Notes: generated by a model from the sequence alone, not told the origin. 64,000 nucleotides of DNA from an uncultured Gemmatimonadales bacterium (GCA_963779755.1 CAVZZO010000003.1:1440001-1504000), one strand, 5' to 3'. Shown: positions 21,486 through 32,298, counted from the first letter of the stretch. Program-made: numbers and translations.

Positions 21486-23321
21486 TTCCACCACGAACGC
21501 CTCCATCGCGAAGTACTCCGCCAACCCCAGCCGGTCCAGGTCCGCCGCGGTGCCCTGGTTGCGCGCCTCCACCCGCTGCCAGAACTCCCGCTCGTCCGGC
21601 CCCGGGAAGGGCGCGGTGTCCTTCTGCGACTGGTGCTTGAAGATGGCCTGGATCTTGAGCCGCAGCTCCTCCTGGCTCATGGGCACCAGCCAGGTGGCCT
21701 CCGTCACCGGCCACTCCTGCCACGCGCCGCGATAGAGCCAGACCTCCGGCGCCGGGTGGCCCGCCTCCACATACTCCGCCAGCGCCGAGTCCACCGCCTG
21801 CCTGCACATGCGGTGGGTGCCGTGAGGGTCGGACAGATCGCCCGCCACGAAGATCATCTCCGGCCGCAGCTCCTCCAGCAGTTCGCGCACCCGGCGCACA
21901 TCACCCGGGCCGATGGGATCCTTGCGTACCCGGCCGGTCTGGTAGAACGGCAGGTTGAGGAACCGGGCGGACTCCTCGCTCAGGCCCAGCGTGCGGATGC
22001 CGGCCACGGCCTCGGATTCGCGGATCACCCGCTTGATCTCCTGCACCTCGGGGATATCCACGTCGCCCGGCTGTTTCCGCGCCAGCGCGGCCTCCACCTT
22101 GTCGGCCAGCTCGCTCGACGCCTCGGGCGCGATGTGCCGCTCGGCCGCCAGCCGCTGGAGGAAATCGAGGTGCCGGCGGACGTCGTGGTCGAACACCGCC
22201 AGGCTCCCGCTGGTGAGATACGCGACGGTGATGCGGTTTTCGTTCAGCACCAGCTTCCGGAGCGTGCCGCCCATGGAGATGACGTCGTCGTCCGGGTGAG
22301 GCGAGAAGCAGATCACTCGCTTCTCCCGGGGCAGTTTCGATTTCCCCCGGATCTTCGCCCCCAGCTGGTTGAACACCAGCCCGTTGAGCACGCCCGCCGC
22401 CCCGTACTGTGCCACCAGGCTGCTCAGCCGATGCTCGGCGTAGTGCCGCTGGGTGAGCTTGAGGATGGCGGTCTGGGTCTGGCGCGAGAGCCAGACCACC
22501 GCCCGGAGCGCCAGCTCGGGTGTCCATTCGACATAGCCCAGCAGCCAGGGTGTGGCGATGCGGGTGAGCGCGGCCGCCGCCGCGCCGTCGAGGTAGAACG
22601 TGGCGTGCGGATGTTCCTGGAGAAAGGTGGCCGCCACCTCGTGATCCACCTCGCCCTCGACCGCCCGGCGCACGATGTCGGCCTTGTGCTCGCCGGTCGC
22701 CAGCAGGACGATCTCCCGTGCCTCCAGAATGGTGCCCACGCCCATGGTGACCGCTTCACGCGGCACGTTCTCCTCGCCGAAGAAGTCGGCGGCGGCGTCC
22801 TTGCGGGTGACCAGGTCGAGCGTGATGAGCCGGGTACGGCTGTCGGCGCCGCTGCCGGGCTCGTTGAAGCCGATATGTCCGGTGCGTCCGATCCCCAGCA
22901 GCTGGAGGTCGATCCCGCCCGCGGCGCGGATCGCCTCCTCGTACCGCTCGCACTCGGCGGTCACCCGCGCGCGCGCGATGTCGCCCCGGGGGATGTGGAC
23001 GTTCTCCCGCCGGATATCGATGTGGGAGAAGAGGTTCTCCCACATGAACCGATGGTAGGAGTGGACGCTCTCCGGGTCCATCGGGTAGTACTCGTCCAGG
23101 TTGAAGGTGACCACGTCGGCGAAGCTGAAGCCGTCCTCCCGGTGCATGCGGATGAGTTCGCGGTAGACGCCGATGGGCGTGGAGCCGGTGGCGAGGCCGA
23201 GTACCGGGGCGGCGCCGGCGGCGCGCCGGTCCCGGATGACGTCGGCGATGCGCTGCGCGACGACGCGGGCAAGTTCCTCGTGGTCGTCGAAGATGAGGGC
23301 GGGGAGGCGTTCGGGCGGCAT
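21435..23321 (-). CDS. nagB: Glucosamine-6-phosphate deaminase, long form with PIG-L-like domain
   Basis: LGLATGSTP, FNLDEY, GHIGFNEPG, SPHPDDD, DPHGTH. Confidence 0.95.
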   Translation of the reverse strand: MPPERLPALIFDDHEELARVVAQRIADVIRDRRAAGAAPVLGLATGSTPIGVYRELIRMHREDGFSFADVVTFNLDEYYPMDPESVHSYHRFMWENLFSHIDIRRENVHIPRGDIARARVTAECERYEEAIRAAGGIDLQLLGIGRTGHIGFNEPGSGADSRTRLITLDLVTRKDAAADFFGEENVPREAVTMGVGTILEAREIVLLATGEHKADIVRRAVEGEVDHEVAATFLQEHPHATFYLDGAAAAALTRIATPWLLGYVEWTPELALRAVVWLSRQTQTAILKLTQRHYAEHRLSSLVAQYGAAGVLNGLVFNQLGAKIRGKSKLPREKRVICFSPHPDDDVISMGGTLRKLVLNENRITVAYLTSGSLAVFDHDVRRHLDFLQRLAAERHIAPEASSELADKVEAALARKQPGDVDIPEVQEIKRVIRESEAVAGIRTLGLSEESARFLNLPFYQTGRVRKDPIGPGDVRRVRELLEELRPEMIFVAGDLSDPHGTHRMCRQAVDSALAEYVEAGHPAPEVWLYRGAWQEWPVTEATWLVPMSQEELRLKIQAIFKHQSQKDTAPFPGPDEREFWQRVEARNQGTAADLDRLGLAEYFAMEAFVVEDGRAAGRHDGRTAGRP

Positions 23322-23602
23322 GGAGGAAATGTAGGGGGAGTGGGCCGGGAAGGCGGCAGGGCGGCAGGGCGGCAGGGCGGCAGCCAAACATCGCTATCAT
23401 TGCGAGCCCGCGTAGAGCCGGTGAGACCTAACCCCCTGTCCCCCTTCCCGACTGGGAAGGGGAACTCGCGAGGACCTAACCCCCGTCCCCCTTCCCGACT
23501 GGGAAGGGGGAACTCGCGAGATAGGATCAGGTCGCGCTTCCGGGTACCGGCGTGCGATGATTTTGGTTTCCAGTATCAGGCAGGGCCAGGACATCTTCGG
23601 GC

Positions 23603-24010
23603 ATGAGGAACGTCAATATCGTTCTCGGACGCCGGGTCAAGCCCGAAAAGCTCCAACAGGCAAAGCACCTTCGCGGGAGGATGACGCCCGCCGAGCGTAT
23701 GCTATGGCGTCAGCTTCGGAGAAACCAACTGGGGGTGCATTTCAGGCGTCAACAGATCATCCGGGGCTTCGTGGTCGATTTCTACTGCCATACGGCCCGG
23801 CTTATCGTCGAGGTCGACGGCGGCATTCACCAGACCCAGCTTGACTATGACCGCGCACGCGAAGATGCCCTCCGAGAGCTCGGCCTGAGAATACTCAGGG
23901 TCAGCAATGAAGATGTGCTGCGACACTGCGGAGCTACTCTGGCTCGGATCCGGAGGGTACTCAAGCTCCCGGTCCCCCCTTCCCGACAGGGAAGGGGGAC
24001 AGGGGGTTAG
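23603..24010 (+). CDS. DUF559 (Vsr-like) endonuclease
   Basis: LRGRMTPAE..LW, FRRQQ, VDFYC, EVDG.IH; flanked by inverted CCTAACCCCC..GGGAAGGGGG palindromes. Confidence 0.9.
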   Translation: MRNVNIVLGRRVKPEKLQQAKHLRGRMTPAERMLWRQLRRNQLGVHFRRQQIIRGFVVDFYCHTARLIVEVDGGIHQTQLDYDRAREDALRELGLRILRVSNEDVLRHCGATLARIRRVLKLPVPPSRQGRGTGG

Positions 24011-24088
24011 GTCAGGGGGGACAGGGGGTTAGGTCAAAGGGGGAACAGGGGGCTAGATCAGCCTGAAGACGGAGGACACGGGATCAGG

Positions 24089-25382
24089 TCACCGGTACCG
24101 CTCTCCGCCCTTCCACACCGCCTCGACGTTGCGCAGAGTCGAGATGTCCTTCGTCGGATCCCCCTTCACCGCCACCAGGTCCGCCAGCAACCCCACCGCG
24201 ATGCGGCCACGGTCGTTCAGGTGGAAAATCGCGGCGTTGCCGCTGGTGGCGGCCTTCGCCGCGGCGAGCGGGGTCATGCCGTGCGCTACCATCAGCTCGG
24301 CTTCCCGCACGTTGGTGCCGTGGGTGAAGACACCGACATCGCCGCCGAAACAGATGGTGACGCCGGCATCCAGCGCCGCCCTTGAACGAGGCCCATTTGG
24401 CCTTGAGGCCTGCGGGCTCCGGCGTCCTGCCCGGCAGGTAGCCGGCGAAGTACTCGGCATAGGCCTCGCTCGCGGCCAGGGTGGGGCAGAGCGCCACGCC
24501 CTTGTTCTTCATCAGCTGAAAGACCTCGGGTGTTCCTTCGCCGCCGTGCTCGATGGTGGTGACGCTGGCCAGGATGGCCCGCTTCATGCCTTCCGGGGTG
24601 TTGGCGTGCGCCGCCACCGGCCGGCCGGCGTCGGTGGCCGTTGCCACCAGGGCGTTCAGTTCCTCCTGGGTGAAGGTGGGGCGCGACTCGCCGCGCGGCC
24701 CCCAGCCATAGTCGGCATAGACCTTGACCCAGTCGGCGCCGTGGCCGATCTGGCTCCGGGTGACACGGGTGATCTCCTCGACGCCCGAGGCCTCTTCCCC
24801 GCCCTGCGGCGGGTCGAACGAGTAGTTGGTGCGCCGGGGGCCGTAGCTGCCGGTGGCCACGATGGCACGGGTAACCGCCAGGATCCTCGGGCCGGGGACG
24901 ACCCCGTCATTGATGGCGTGCTTGAGCTGGACGTCGTAATCGAAGACGCCCTCGGTCCCCAGGTCGCGGGTGGTGGTGATGCCGGCCATGAGGGTGGCGC
25001 GGGCGTGCGCCACGGCCTCGGCCATGCGGTAGCCGGCCTTCTCCTTCAGGACCTGGTCGTCCCAGAGCGTTTCATTGTAGGGATGGAGAAAGAGATGGCT
25101 GTGGCCCTCGATCATGCCGGGAATGAGCGTGGTGCCGGGGAGGCTGATGCGTTCGGTACCGGCCGGCGCCTTGAAGCCGGCGGCCGGCCCGACAGCTTCG
25201 ATGCGGTTCCCGTGGACCAGAACCACCCAGCCTTTCTGCGGGCCGTCGGCTACCCCGTCCCACACCGCATCGGGAACCAGCAGGGTGCGTTTTACGGAGT
25301 CGGCGGCAGGCTGCTGCGCGTGGGCAACGGGCGCGGCCAGGATCAGCGCGCCAAGGATTGCCAGGTGGCTGGGACGAAGCAT
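24089..25382 (-). CDS. Secreted amidohydrolase (one frameshift near 24380)
   Basis: PGMIEGHSH, TTTRDLG, VKVY, AAHA, IEHG; C-terminus GGD..ADLVAV.GDP in another frame. Confidence 0.85.
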
Positions 25383-25454
25383 GGGAGTGGCTCGGGATGA
25401 TTTGAAACCGCAGATTACGCAGATTACGCAGAAACGGCAACGACGCGAGGTTGA

Positions 25455-25865
25455 TCAGTCCGCTCCCACGCAGGTGCTATTTTTTGTCAGCACAAAGCGG
25501 TAGTATCCCAGGCTCGGCGTTCCGAAATTGAGCAGGAGAGCGCGGGTCAAACGGCTGGCTTTGAGATAGTTGATAACCTGGGCTCTCTCAATGTCAGTGA
25601 CGGTGGGAAGGGCCTTGATCTCGACGACCAGGTGCTCATAGCAGACAAAGTCGGCGCGGTAGCCGGTTTTCAGGAATTGCCCATTGAAGCGGATTGGGAA
25701 CAGTACCTCCGACGCAAAAGGGATCCCGGCCGCGCTCAATGCCAGAGCCAGCGCCTCGTGGTACACAGCCTCCAGAAAACCCGCTCCCAGTTGTCGATGC
25801 ACCTGCAGAGCTGCCCCAATAACGGCATACGTTTCGCTGTCGCGCCTGGTGCGTAAGATGCTCAT
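25455..25865 (-). CDS. GxxExxY protein
   Basis: GFLEAVY, YRADF, VEIKA, QVINYL, LLLNFG; bracketed by inverted (CGCAGATTA)n repeats. Confidence 0.92.
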   Translation of the reverse strand: MSILRTRRDSETYAVIGAALQVHRQLGAGFLEAVYHEALALALSAAGIPFASEVLFPIRFNGQFLKTGYRADFVCYEHLVVEIKALPTVTDIERAQVINYLKASRLTRALLLNFGTPSLGYYRFVLTKNSTCVGAD

Positions 25866-25981
25866 TAGTAAGTAGTGAAACCAACTGCCGCTACGGCGCA
25901 TCATCATTTCAGCGCACGGCAGGGCATTTTCAATCTGCGTAATCTGCGTAATCTGCGGCTCCACCCATCGGACTCCTGAAA

Positions 25982-26455
25982 ATGCTCAGAACCCTGACAC
26001 TGGCAGCTGTGGCAGCCTGCATATCCGCCTCGACCGGATTGGCTCAAGCCACCATCCCCGATTCGCTCGCCTACCGGGAGTACCGCCTCACCGACTCGAC
26101 CCTGACGAAGTTCGCCGCGGCGTCCAAGGCCATCCTGGAGGCCAACCAGCGGAACGAACTCCCGTCCATGAACCTGGACGACGTCGAAACCATCGACGGG
26201 ATGGCCGCCTTCTACGACCGCACTCCCGCCCTGCACGATGCCCTGGCCCGGGCCGGGATCAGCGCCCGCGACTTCGTCCTCTTCATGACCACCGCCTTCC
26301 AGGCCGGTGTCGGCTCCTGGATCGTGGAACGCAGCGGCTGGAAGGCTCTGCCCCACAACGTGGCGCCGGAGAACGTCCGGTTCTATCGCAAGCACGCGCC
26401 GGAGCTCGCCCGGATGAACCAGGAGCTGGCCCGGCTCCGGGAAGGGCAGCAGTGA
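25982..26455 (+). CDS. Hypothetical secreted protein
   Basis: Signal peptide; strong GC3 bias. Confidence 0.75.
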   Translation: MLRTLTLAAVAACISASTGLAQATIPDSLAYREYRLTDSTLTKFAAASKAILEANQRNELPSMNLDDVETIDGMAAFYDRTPALHDALARAGISARDFVLFMTTAFQAGVGSWIVERSGWKALPHNVAPENVRFYRKHAPELARMNQELARLREGQQ

Positions 26456-26566
26456 CCCCGCGGTTTCCGGCCGTGGCGGGCGGGCTATCGCAAAATGGGG
26501 AGCCAGCAATATCGTTGATCATCCCCAGCGCAACCTGACCGCACCTCCCTTCTCGCCGGCGAACCC

Positions 26567-29521
26567 GTGTCCGATCCTGTCGCCCATCTCCAGGCCGTGC
26601 TCGCCGGCCGGTACCGCTTCGAACAGAAACTCGGCCGCGGCGGGATGGCCACGGTCTTCCTGGCGCAGGATCTCAAGCACCAGCGGCCGGTGGCGGTCAA
26701 GGTGCTCCATCCGGAGATCTCAGCCGCCCTGGGCCCGGAGCGGTTCCTCCGCGAGATCCGCATCGCGGCCAGCCTGAACCATCCCCATATCCTGACGCTG
26801 ATCGACTCGGGGGAGGTGCCGGCCGGAGACGCCTCTCCCCGCGGAGCGCCCCTGCTCTACTACACCATGCCCTACGTGGAGGGCGAAAGCCTGCGGGACC
26901 GGCTCAACCGCGAGGGCCGGCTGCCGCCGGGGGACGCCGTCCGCATCATGCAGGACGTGCTCGATGCGCTGGCCTATGCCCACCGCCAGGGCATCGTGCA
27001 CCGCGATATCAAGCCGGAGAACATCATGCTCACCGGCCGCCACGCGCTGGTGGTGGATTTCGGGGTCGCCAAGGCCGCCAGCGACGCTGCCGGGGGGCTG
27101 GGAGGCAGCGAGGCACTGACCAGCATCGGCCTGGCCATCGGCACCCCCGCCTATATGGCGCCGGAGCAGGCGGCCGGCGACGCCGCCATCGACGGCCGCA
27201 CCGATCTCTACGCCGTCGGCGAACTCGGCTATGAAATGCTCACGGGGCAGCCCCCCTTCACCGGCCCGACGCCGCTGGCCGCGGTCGCCGCGCACCTCAC
27301 CGAGTCGCCTACCCCGATGTCGGTGCTCCGGGCCGGGCTGCCGGAGCCGCTCGCCACGGCCACCATGCGCTGCCTGGAACGGGACCCGGCCGACCGCTGG
27401 GAATCGGCGGAGGCGTTGCTGCAGGTGCTGGATTCGTTCAGCACCCCCGCGGCCGGCACGGCGGCAACGCGGTTGCCGCGCCGGCGGAGCCGGCGGGCGC
27501 TCATCGGGCTGGCGGTCTTCGCGGCGGTAGCGGGCGCCTGGATCTGGACCGGGCCGCTGTCGCGGGCACGCGGCCAGGACTGGGCCCACCGGCAGGCCAT
27601 TCCACGCCTGCTGGCGCTGGCGGAATCAGGGGACTGGGAGAAAGCCTATGCGCTGGCGAAGGAGGTGGACCGGCGGGTTCCCGGCGACTCGCTGTTCAAT
27701 GCCCTGCTCCCCAGGTTCGCCCAGCGCTATCGGGTCCATACCGTCCCCGAGGGCGCCGAGGTGTGGCGCAAGCCGTATGGCGCGCCGGACTCCGCGTGGG
27801 AGCTGCTGGGGCGGACACCGCTCGACAGCGCGCTGGTGGCCCTGTCGGGTCCCGGCGGCCGCACCTATGACGCCAACCGCATCCGGATTCGGGCCCCCGG
27901 GTACCGGACGCTGGAACTGGTGGGGCTGCCCTTCGCCGATTCGGTGATCACCCTCGACCGGGACGGCGCGATTCCCCCGGAGATGGTGCGCGTGGGCGGC
28001 GGGCGGCTCAGCCCCCAATACGCGGGCTTCGAGAACGACGAACCGATCACGCTGGCCGATTTCCTGATGGACCGCTTCGAGGTGGCCAACCGCGAGTACC
28101 AGCGGTTCGTGGACAGCGGGGGATATCGCCGGCCGGAATTCTGGACGGAGCCGTTCGAGAAGGACGGAGCGAAGATCTCCTGGCAAGCGGCCATGGCGTT
28201 GATGACCGACCGCACCGGCCGAACCGGCCCGTCCACCTGGGAAGCCGGGGAATATCCCCGGGGCAAGGAGGACGACCCGGTCGGCGGGGTGAGCTGGTAC
28301 GAGGCCATGGCGTACGCCCGGTTCGCCGGCAAGTCCCTGCCCACCCTGCTGCACTGGAGCCGGGCCGCCAGTCTGCGGAACAGCGCACTGGTGGTGCCGC
28401 GAGGCAACTTTGCCGGCCAGGGAACCGTCCCCGCAGGCAGCACCGGTGCGATGAGCGCCTTCGGGACCTACGACATGGCGGGCAACCTGCGCGAATGGGT
28501 CCAGAACGCGAACGGCGGCGACCGCTACATCCTGGGCGGCGGATGGGCCGACCCTCCCTTCCGGTTCAACGATGCCTACGCCCAGGTGCCCTTCGACCGC
28601 TCGGCACTCAACGGGATCCGCCTGGTATCCTACGACTCGTCGGACGCCAACCTGGCCCGGGCGGCCGCCCCGGTCGAACGGCGCCTGCGCGATTTCGTGC
28701 GCGCCACCCCGGTGAGCGATGCGGTCTTCGCCGCCTACCGCGAGGCGTACGCCTATGACCGGAAACCGCTCAATGCGCAGGTACTGGAGAAGGTGGATGA
28801 GGGCAGCTGGACCCGGGAACTGGTACGGCTCGACGCCGCCTACGGCGACAGTCTGCTGGCGTATCTCTTCCTCCCGAAGCAGGGCACCCGGCCCTTCCCG
28901 GCGGTGGTGTTCTTCCCGCCCGGCATCTCCTTCGTCCTGCCCGGGCTCCCGGCCGACGAAACCCGGCACTTCGATTTTCTGCTGAAGAGCGGCCGCGCGG
29001 TGCTCTATCCGATCTACAAGGGAACCTTTCAGCGGCGGGACTCGCTGCGCAGCTACGTGGCGAACGGGTCCATCGCCTATCGCGACCACGTGGTGATGTG
29101 GGCCAAGGACCTGGGGCGCGCCATCGACTACCTGGAGACGCGGCCGGAGATCTCGACCGGGCGGCTGGCTTACTATGGCGTGAGCTGGGGTGGGGCCATG
29201 GGCGGGCTGATGCCGGCGATCGAGCCGCGGATCAAGCTCTGTGTTCTCCAGGTGGCCGGGCTCCAATTCACGCCGGTGCGGCCGGAAGTCGACCCGGTGA
29301 ACTATCTGCCCCGAATCCACGTCCCCACGCTGATGATCAATGGCCGGTGGGATTTCTACTTCCCCATCGAGACGTCACAGATCCCGATGTTCCGCCTGCT
29401 GGGCACCCCGCCGGATCAGAAACGCCACGTGATCGAGGAGGGGAGCCACTTCGTGCCGCGGGTCCGGCTGATCCAGGAGACGCTGGCGTGGCTGGACCGG
29501 TACCAGCCGTCGGGCAAATAG
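26567..29521 (+). CDS. Ser/Thr kinase - FGE/SUMF1-like - alpha/beta hydrolase fusion
   Basis: HRDIKPEN/DFG; FEV.N..Y, VSWYEA, DMAGN.REW; GVSWGG. Confidence 0.9.
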   Translation: MSDPVAHLQAVLAGRYRFEQKLGRGGMATVFLAQDLKHQRPVAVKVLHPEISAALGPERFLREIRIAASLNHPHILTLIDSGEVPAGDASPRGAPLLYYTMPYVEGESLRDRLNREGRLPPGDAVRIMQDVLDALAYAHRQGIVHRDIKPENIMLTGRHALVVDFGVAKAASDAAGGLGGSEALTSIGLAIGTPAYMAPEQAAGDAAIDGRTDLYAVGELGYEMLTGQPPFTGPTPLAAVAAHLTESPTPMSVLRAGLPEPLATATMRCLERDPADRWESAEALLQVLDSFSTPAAGTAATRLPRRRSRRALIGLAVFAAVAGAWIWTGPLSRARGQDWAHRQAIPRLLALAESGDWEKAYALAKEVDRRVPGDSLFNALLPRFAQRYRVHTVPEGAEVWRKPYGAPDSAWELLGRTPLDSALVALSGPGGRTYDANRIRIRAPGYRTLELVGLPFADSVITLDRDGAIPPEMVRVGGGRLSPQYAGFENDEPITLADFLMDRFEVANREYQRFVDSGGYRRPEFWTEPFEKDGAKISWQAAMALMTDRTGRTGPSTWEAGEYPRGKEDDPVGGVSWYEAMAYARFAGKSLPTLLHWSRAASLRNSALVVPRGNFAGQGTVPAGSTGAMSAFGTYDMAGNLREWVQNANGGDRYILGGGWADPPFRFNDAYAQVPFDRSALNGIRLVSYDSSDANLARAAAPVERRLRDFVRATPVSDAVFAAYREAYAYDRKPLNAQVLEKVDEGSWTRELVRLDAAYGDSLLAYLFLPKQGTRPFPAVVFFPPGISFVLPGLPADETRHFDFLLKSGRAVLYPIYKGTFQRRDSLRSYVANGSIAYRDHVVMWAKDLGRAIDYLETRPEISTGRLAYYGVSWGGAMGGLMPAIEPRIKLCVLQVAGLQFTPVRPEVDPVNYLPRIHVPTLMINGRWDFYFPIETSQIPMFRLLGTPPDQKRHVIEEGSHFVPRVRLIQETLAWLDRYQPSGK

Positions 29522-29556
29522 CTCCGGCTGACAAAGGACCCGGGTGCCGGGCACCG

Positions 29557-29625
29557 GGAATCAGGAATCAGGAATCAGGAATCAGGGGCTTGTCGCCTCA
29601 CTCCCGATTCCTGGTTCCTGATCCC
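29557..29625. repeat. Inverted heptamer tracts (GGAATCA)n
   Basis: Tandem GGAATCA followed by an imperfect complement, between convergent genes. Confidence 0.7.
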
Positions 29626-31296
29626 TCAGAACACCTTGAACCCCGGCGACACCGCGTGCGGGGTGTAGGTCAGGAAGAACGGCCCGTAGGCGATCAGGAT
29701 GAACAGGATGGCCAGGATGAACCACCAGCCCAGCCGGTCGAGCCGCAGCTCCCAGCCGCTCCTGGCCGGGGCAGTGAGCGTCTGGGAGACGGGAATGTCG
29801 GCCGGCTGCTCGCCCCGCTTCCCGGCCAGGATGGTCATCAGGATCACCACGAAGAACATCATCACGCCCAGGAACATGATGGACCCGCCGATCCCGGTCA
29901 GGATTCCCGGCAGATGCCAGGAGGGGCTGTCGTAGGTGGCGGTGGCCATGAAGGTGCGGCGCGGCATGCCGTGCAGCCCGCCGGAAATCATGCCGCGGGC
30001 GAAGATCAGGATCCCGAGGGTGTAGGTCCACGACGACACCAGCGCCAGCTTGCGGCTCCAGAGCCCGCGCCCGGTGAGATAGGGCACCAGCCAGTAGGCC
30101 ACCCCCATGAGTGTCAGCGCCACCGCGGTGCCCACGGTCATGTGGAAGTGTCCCGGCACCCAGGTGGTGTTGTGGATCACCTGGTTCATGGTGTAGCTGG
30201 CGTTGATGAGGCCGGTGGCGCCGCCCAGAATGAACGTGAGCATGGCCAGCAGCTGGGCGGTGACCGATGGGTCGCCCCAGGGGAGCTTCCGGATCCAGCC
30301 CAGGAGGCCGGCCCCCCCACGCCGCCGCCCGCCGATCTCCAGCGCGGCCATCACGCTGAACGCGGTGGCCAGGCTGGGGAAGAAGATCCCGAACGTCAGC
30401 ACCCCATGGAACGCCTTGAGCTTGGTGCTGATCCCCGGGTCGGTGTACTGGTGGTGCAGCCCGGTGGGTATGGACAGCACCAGGAAGAGAATCCAGACGA
30501 TGCGGGTGTAGCTGTCGCTGATGAGCGCGCCGCCCACCTGGCGGGGAATCAGGGCATACCACGAGACGTAGGCCGGCAGCAGCCAGGCATACACGATGGC
30601 GTGGCCGGTGAACCAGAACAGCGTGCGGGTGAGCAGCGGATCGACCAGAGCGCGGATACCCAGCGACCAGGGCAGCAGGAAGACCAGAAACGACACCGCC
30701 ACCGGCAGCGACGCCAGGAACCACATCAGGTAGGAGCTGACCGAGATGTACGCCAGCAGCGGGATGCGCTCGCCCCGGTGCTCCCGCCGCCAGCCGCGCA
30801 GGTTGAGCAGCATGCTGAACAGCACCAGCCAGGTGCTCACCACCACCAGCACCAGGCCCAGGTAATAGGTCCAGTGCGCCTGCAGCGGGGCGTAGGAGGT
30901 GTAGAGCACGCTCGCCTGGTTGCTGACTACGGCATAGATGACCAGAAGATTGCCGGCCACCAGCGAGCCGAAACTGGCCCAGAGGAACTTCCCGTTGAGC
31001 GGCCGGCTCAGCGCCCGGGCGGTCATCAGCGGCAGGAAGCAGTTGGCGAACGAGAAGGTAAAGATGATGACGTTCGCCACCCCATGCGCCGTCAGGCCCT
31101 GATAGTAGGTGTGCAGGCCGGGGAAATACCCGATGATATTGATCCGGGCGTAGGAGAGCGCATTGGCGAGGCCGTGGAACACGCCGGCGGTAAGCGCCAG
31201 GTAGCCCACGTAGAGGGTCCAGCGCAGCGCCCGCCGCTGCCCTTGGGGCAGATCGTAGCCGGCCGGATCGAACACGGTGGAGGTGAGCGTCGCCAT
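29626..31296 (-). CDS. cbaA: ba3-type (B-family) cytochrome c oxidase subunit I
   Basis: YYQGLTAHG, LFWFTGHAIVY, GLHHQY, HNTTWVPGHFH. Confidence 0.93.
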   Translation of the reverse strand: MATLTSTVFDPAGYDLPQGQRRALRWTLYVGYLALTAGVFHGLANALSYARINIIGYFPGLHTYYQGLTAHGVANVIIFTFSFANCFLPLMTARALSRPLNGKFLWASFGSLVAGNLLVIYAVVSNQASVLYTSYAPLQAHWTYYLGLVLVVVSTWLVLFSMLLNLRGWRREHRGERIPLLAYISVSSYLMWFLASLPVAVSFLVFLLPWSLGIRALVDPLLTRTLFWFTGHAIVYAWLLPAYVSWYALIPRQVGGALISDSYTRIVWILFLVLSIPTGLHHQYTDPGISTKLKAFHGVLTFGIFFPSLATAFSVMAALEIGGRRRGGAGLLGWIRKLPWGDPSVTAQLLAMLTFILGGATGLINASYTMNQVIHNTTWVPGHFHMTVGTAVALTLMGVAYWLVPYLTGRGLWSRKLALVSSWTYTLGILIFARGMISGGLHGMPRRTFMATATYDSPSWHLPGILTGIGGSIMFLGVMMFFVVILMTILAGKRGEQPADIPVSQTLTAPARSGWELRLDRLGWWFILAILFILIAYGPFFLTYTPHAVSPGFKVF

Positions 31297-31300
31297 GGCG

Positions 31301-31810
31301 CTAGTCCTCCCTCTGTTCTTCGTGTTCGTCGTGGGCCTGCGCGGGCGTGACGATCACCTTTCCCGCCATGTTCTGGTGCCCCATGCCGCAGTATTCGTGG
31401 CAGATGAGCAGGTGGGTGCCCGGCTCCTTGAAGGTGTAGCTGTTGCGGGAGATCTGGCCCGGGATGAGCATCATGTTGATCCGGGTCCCCTCGATGTTGA
31501 ATCCGTGAATCACGTCCACCGTCGTGGCCACGAAATCCACCCGCGCGCCGGCCGGCACCCGGATCTCCGGCGGGTTGAAGGCCCAGGTCTGCGCCACCAC
31601 CACCGCTTCATAGTGCCCGGGCGCGATCTCGCGCACGCCGGGTTTGTTGAACGGCGGCGTCTGGTAGGCCTTGCGCGGGTCCACCCGCCCCGCCTTCCCC
31701 GGCAGGTGGATGCCCATCTCCACCGTGGTGTAGAGCAGCACGCCGAGGCAGGAGATCAGCACCAGAATGCCGACCGCCAGGAACCCTCGTTCGTAGGTAT
31801 GGACTTTCAT
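31301..31810 (-). CDS. cbaB: ba3-type oxidase subunit II (CuA)
   Basis: DVIHG...CHEYCGMGHQNM. Confidence 0.93.
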   Translation of the reverse strand: MKVHTYERGFLAVGILVLISCLGVLLYTTVEMGIHLPGKAGRVDPRKAYQTPPFNKPGVREIAPGHYEAVVVAQTWAFNPPEIRVPAGARVDFVATTVDVIHGFNIEGTRINMMLIPGQISRNSYTFKEPGTHLLICHEYCGMGHQNMAGKVIVTPAQAHDEHEEQRED

Positions 31811-31853
31811 CGCGTCGCTCGGCCTGGGTTGAAGGGCGGCACGGCGGGAAGGC

Positions 31854-32036
31854 TCAGCGCTGGAGCAGGTCGCGGTAGATCACCACCCAGAACCCGGCGA
31901 TGATCATCAGGATGATGATGTTGAGAAAGAGCGTGCCCGGGGTGGACGGCTCTTCCTGCAGCGACAGCTCGGTGTCGGCCGGATCGTCCGACCCGGTGGC
32001 CGGCGCCCGCGGAGGAGGGGTTGGATCGGGTGTCAT
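31854..32036 (-). CDS. Probable oxidase subunit IIa (single TM helix)
   Basis: P.GT...FW..IY...L.R directly upstream of subunit II. Confidence 0.65.
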   Translation of the reverse strand: MTPDPTPPPRAPATGSDDPADTELSLQEEPSTPGTLFLNIIILMIIAGFWVVIYRDLLQR

Positions 32037-32040
32037 GGCA

Positions 32041-32298
32041 TCAGGGGGCGCTGGGGGGATGGATTTGGCCCTGCCGCTCCGACTCCCAGCCGCGGACGGT
32101 GCGGGAGAGCAGGGCGAAAACGCCAAACAGCACGATGAGGAGCCCGAGGGCGATCAGATCGTTTCTGGGATTCACGATGCCGCCCAGCAACTGATTGAGC
32201 GTTTCCCAGATGTAGCCCACCAGGGGAACGCCCACGATCATGAAACCTGCGATACTGAGGATCAGTTTTCCGAGCGAGAGCGACGTCTGCTGAGTCAT
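32041..32298 (-). CDS. Small two-TM membrane protein
   Basis: Hydrophobic ORF in the oxidase operon. Confidence 0.65.
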   Translation of the reverse strand: MTQQTSLSLGKLILSIAGFMIVGVPLVGYIWETLNQLLGGIVNPRNDLIALGLLIVLFGVFALLSRTVRGWESERQGQIHPPSAP

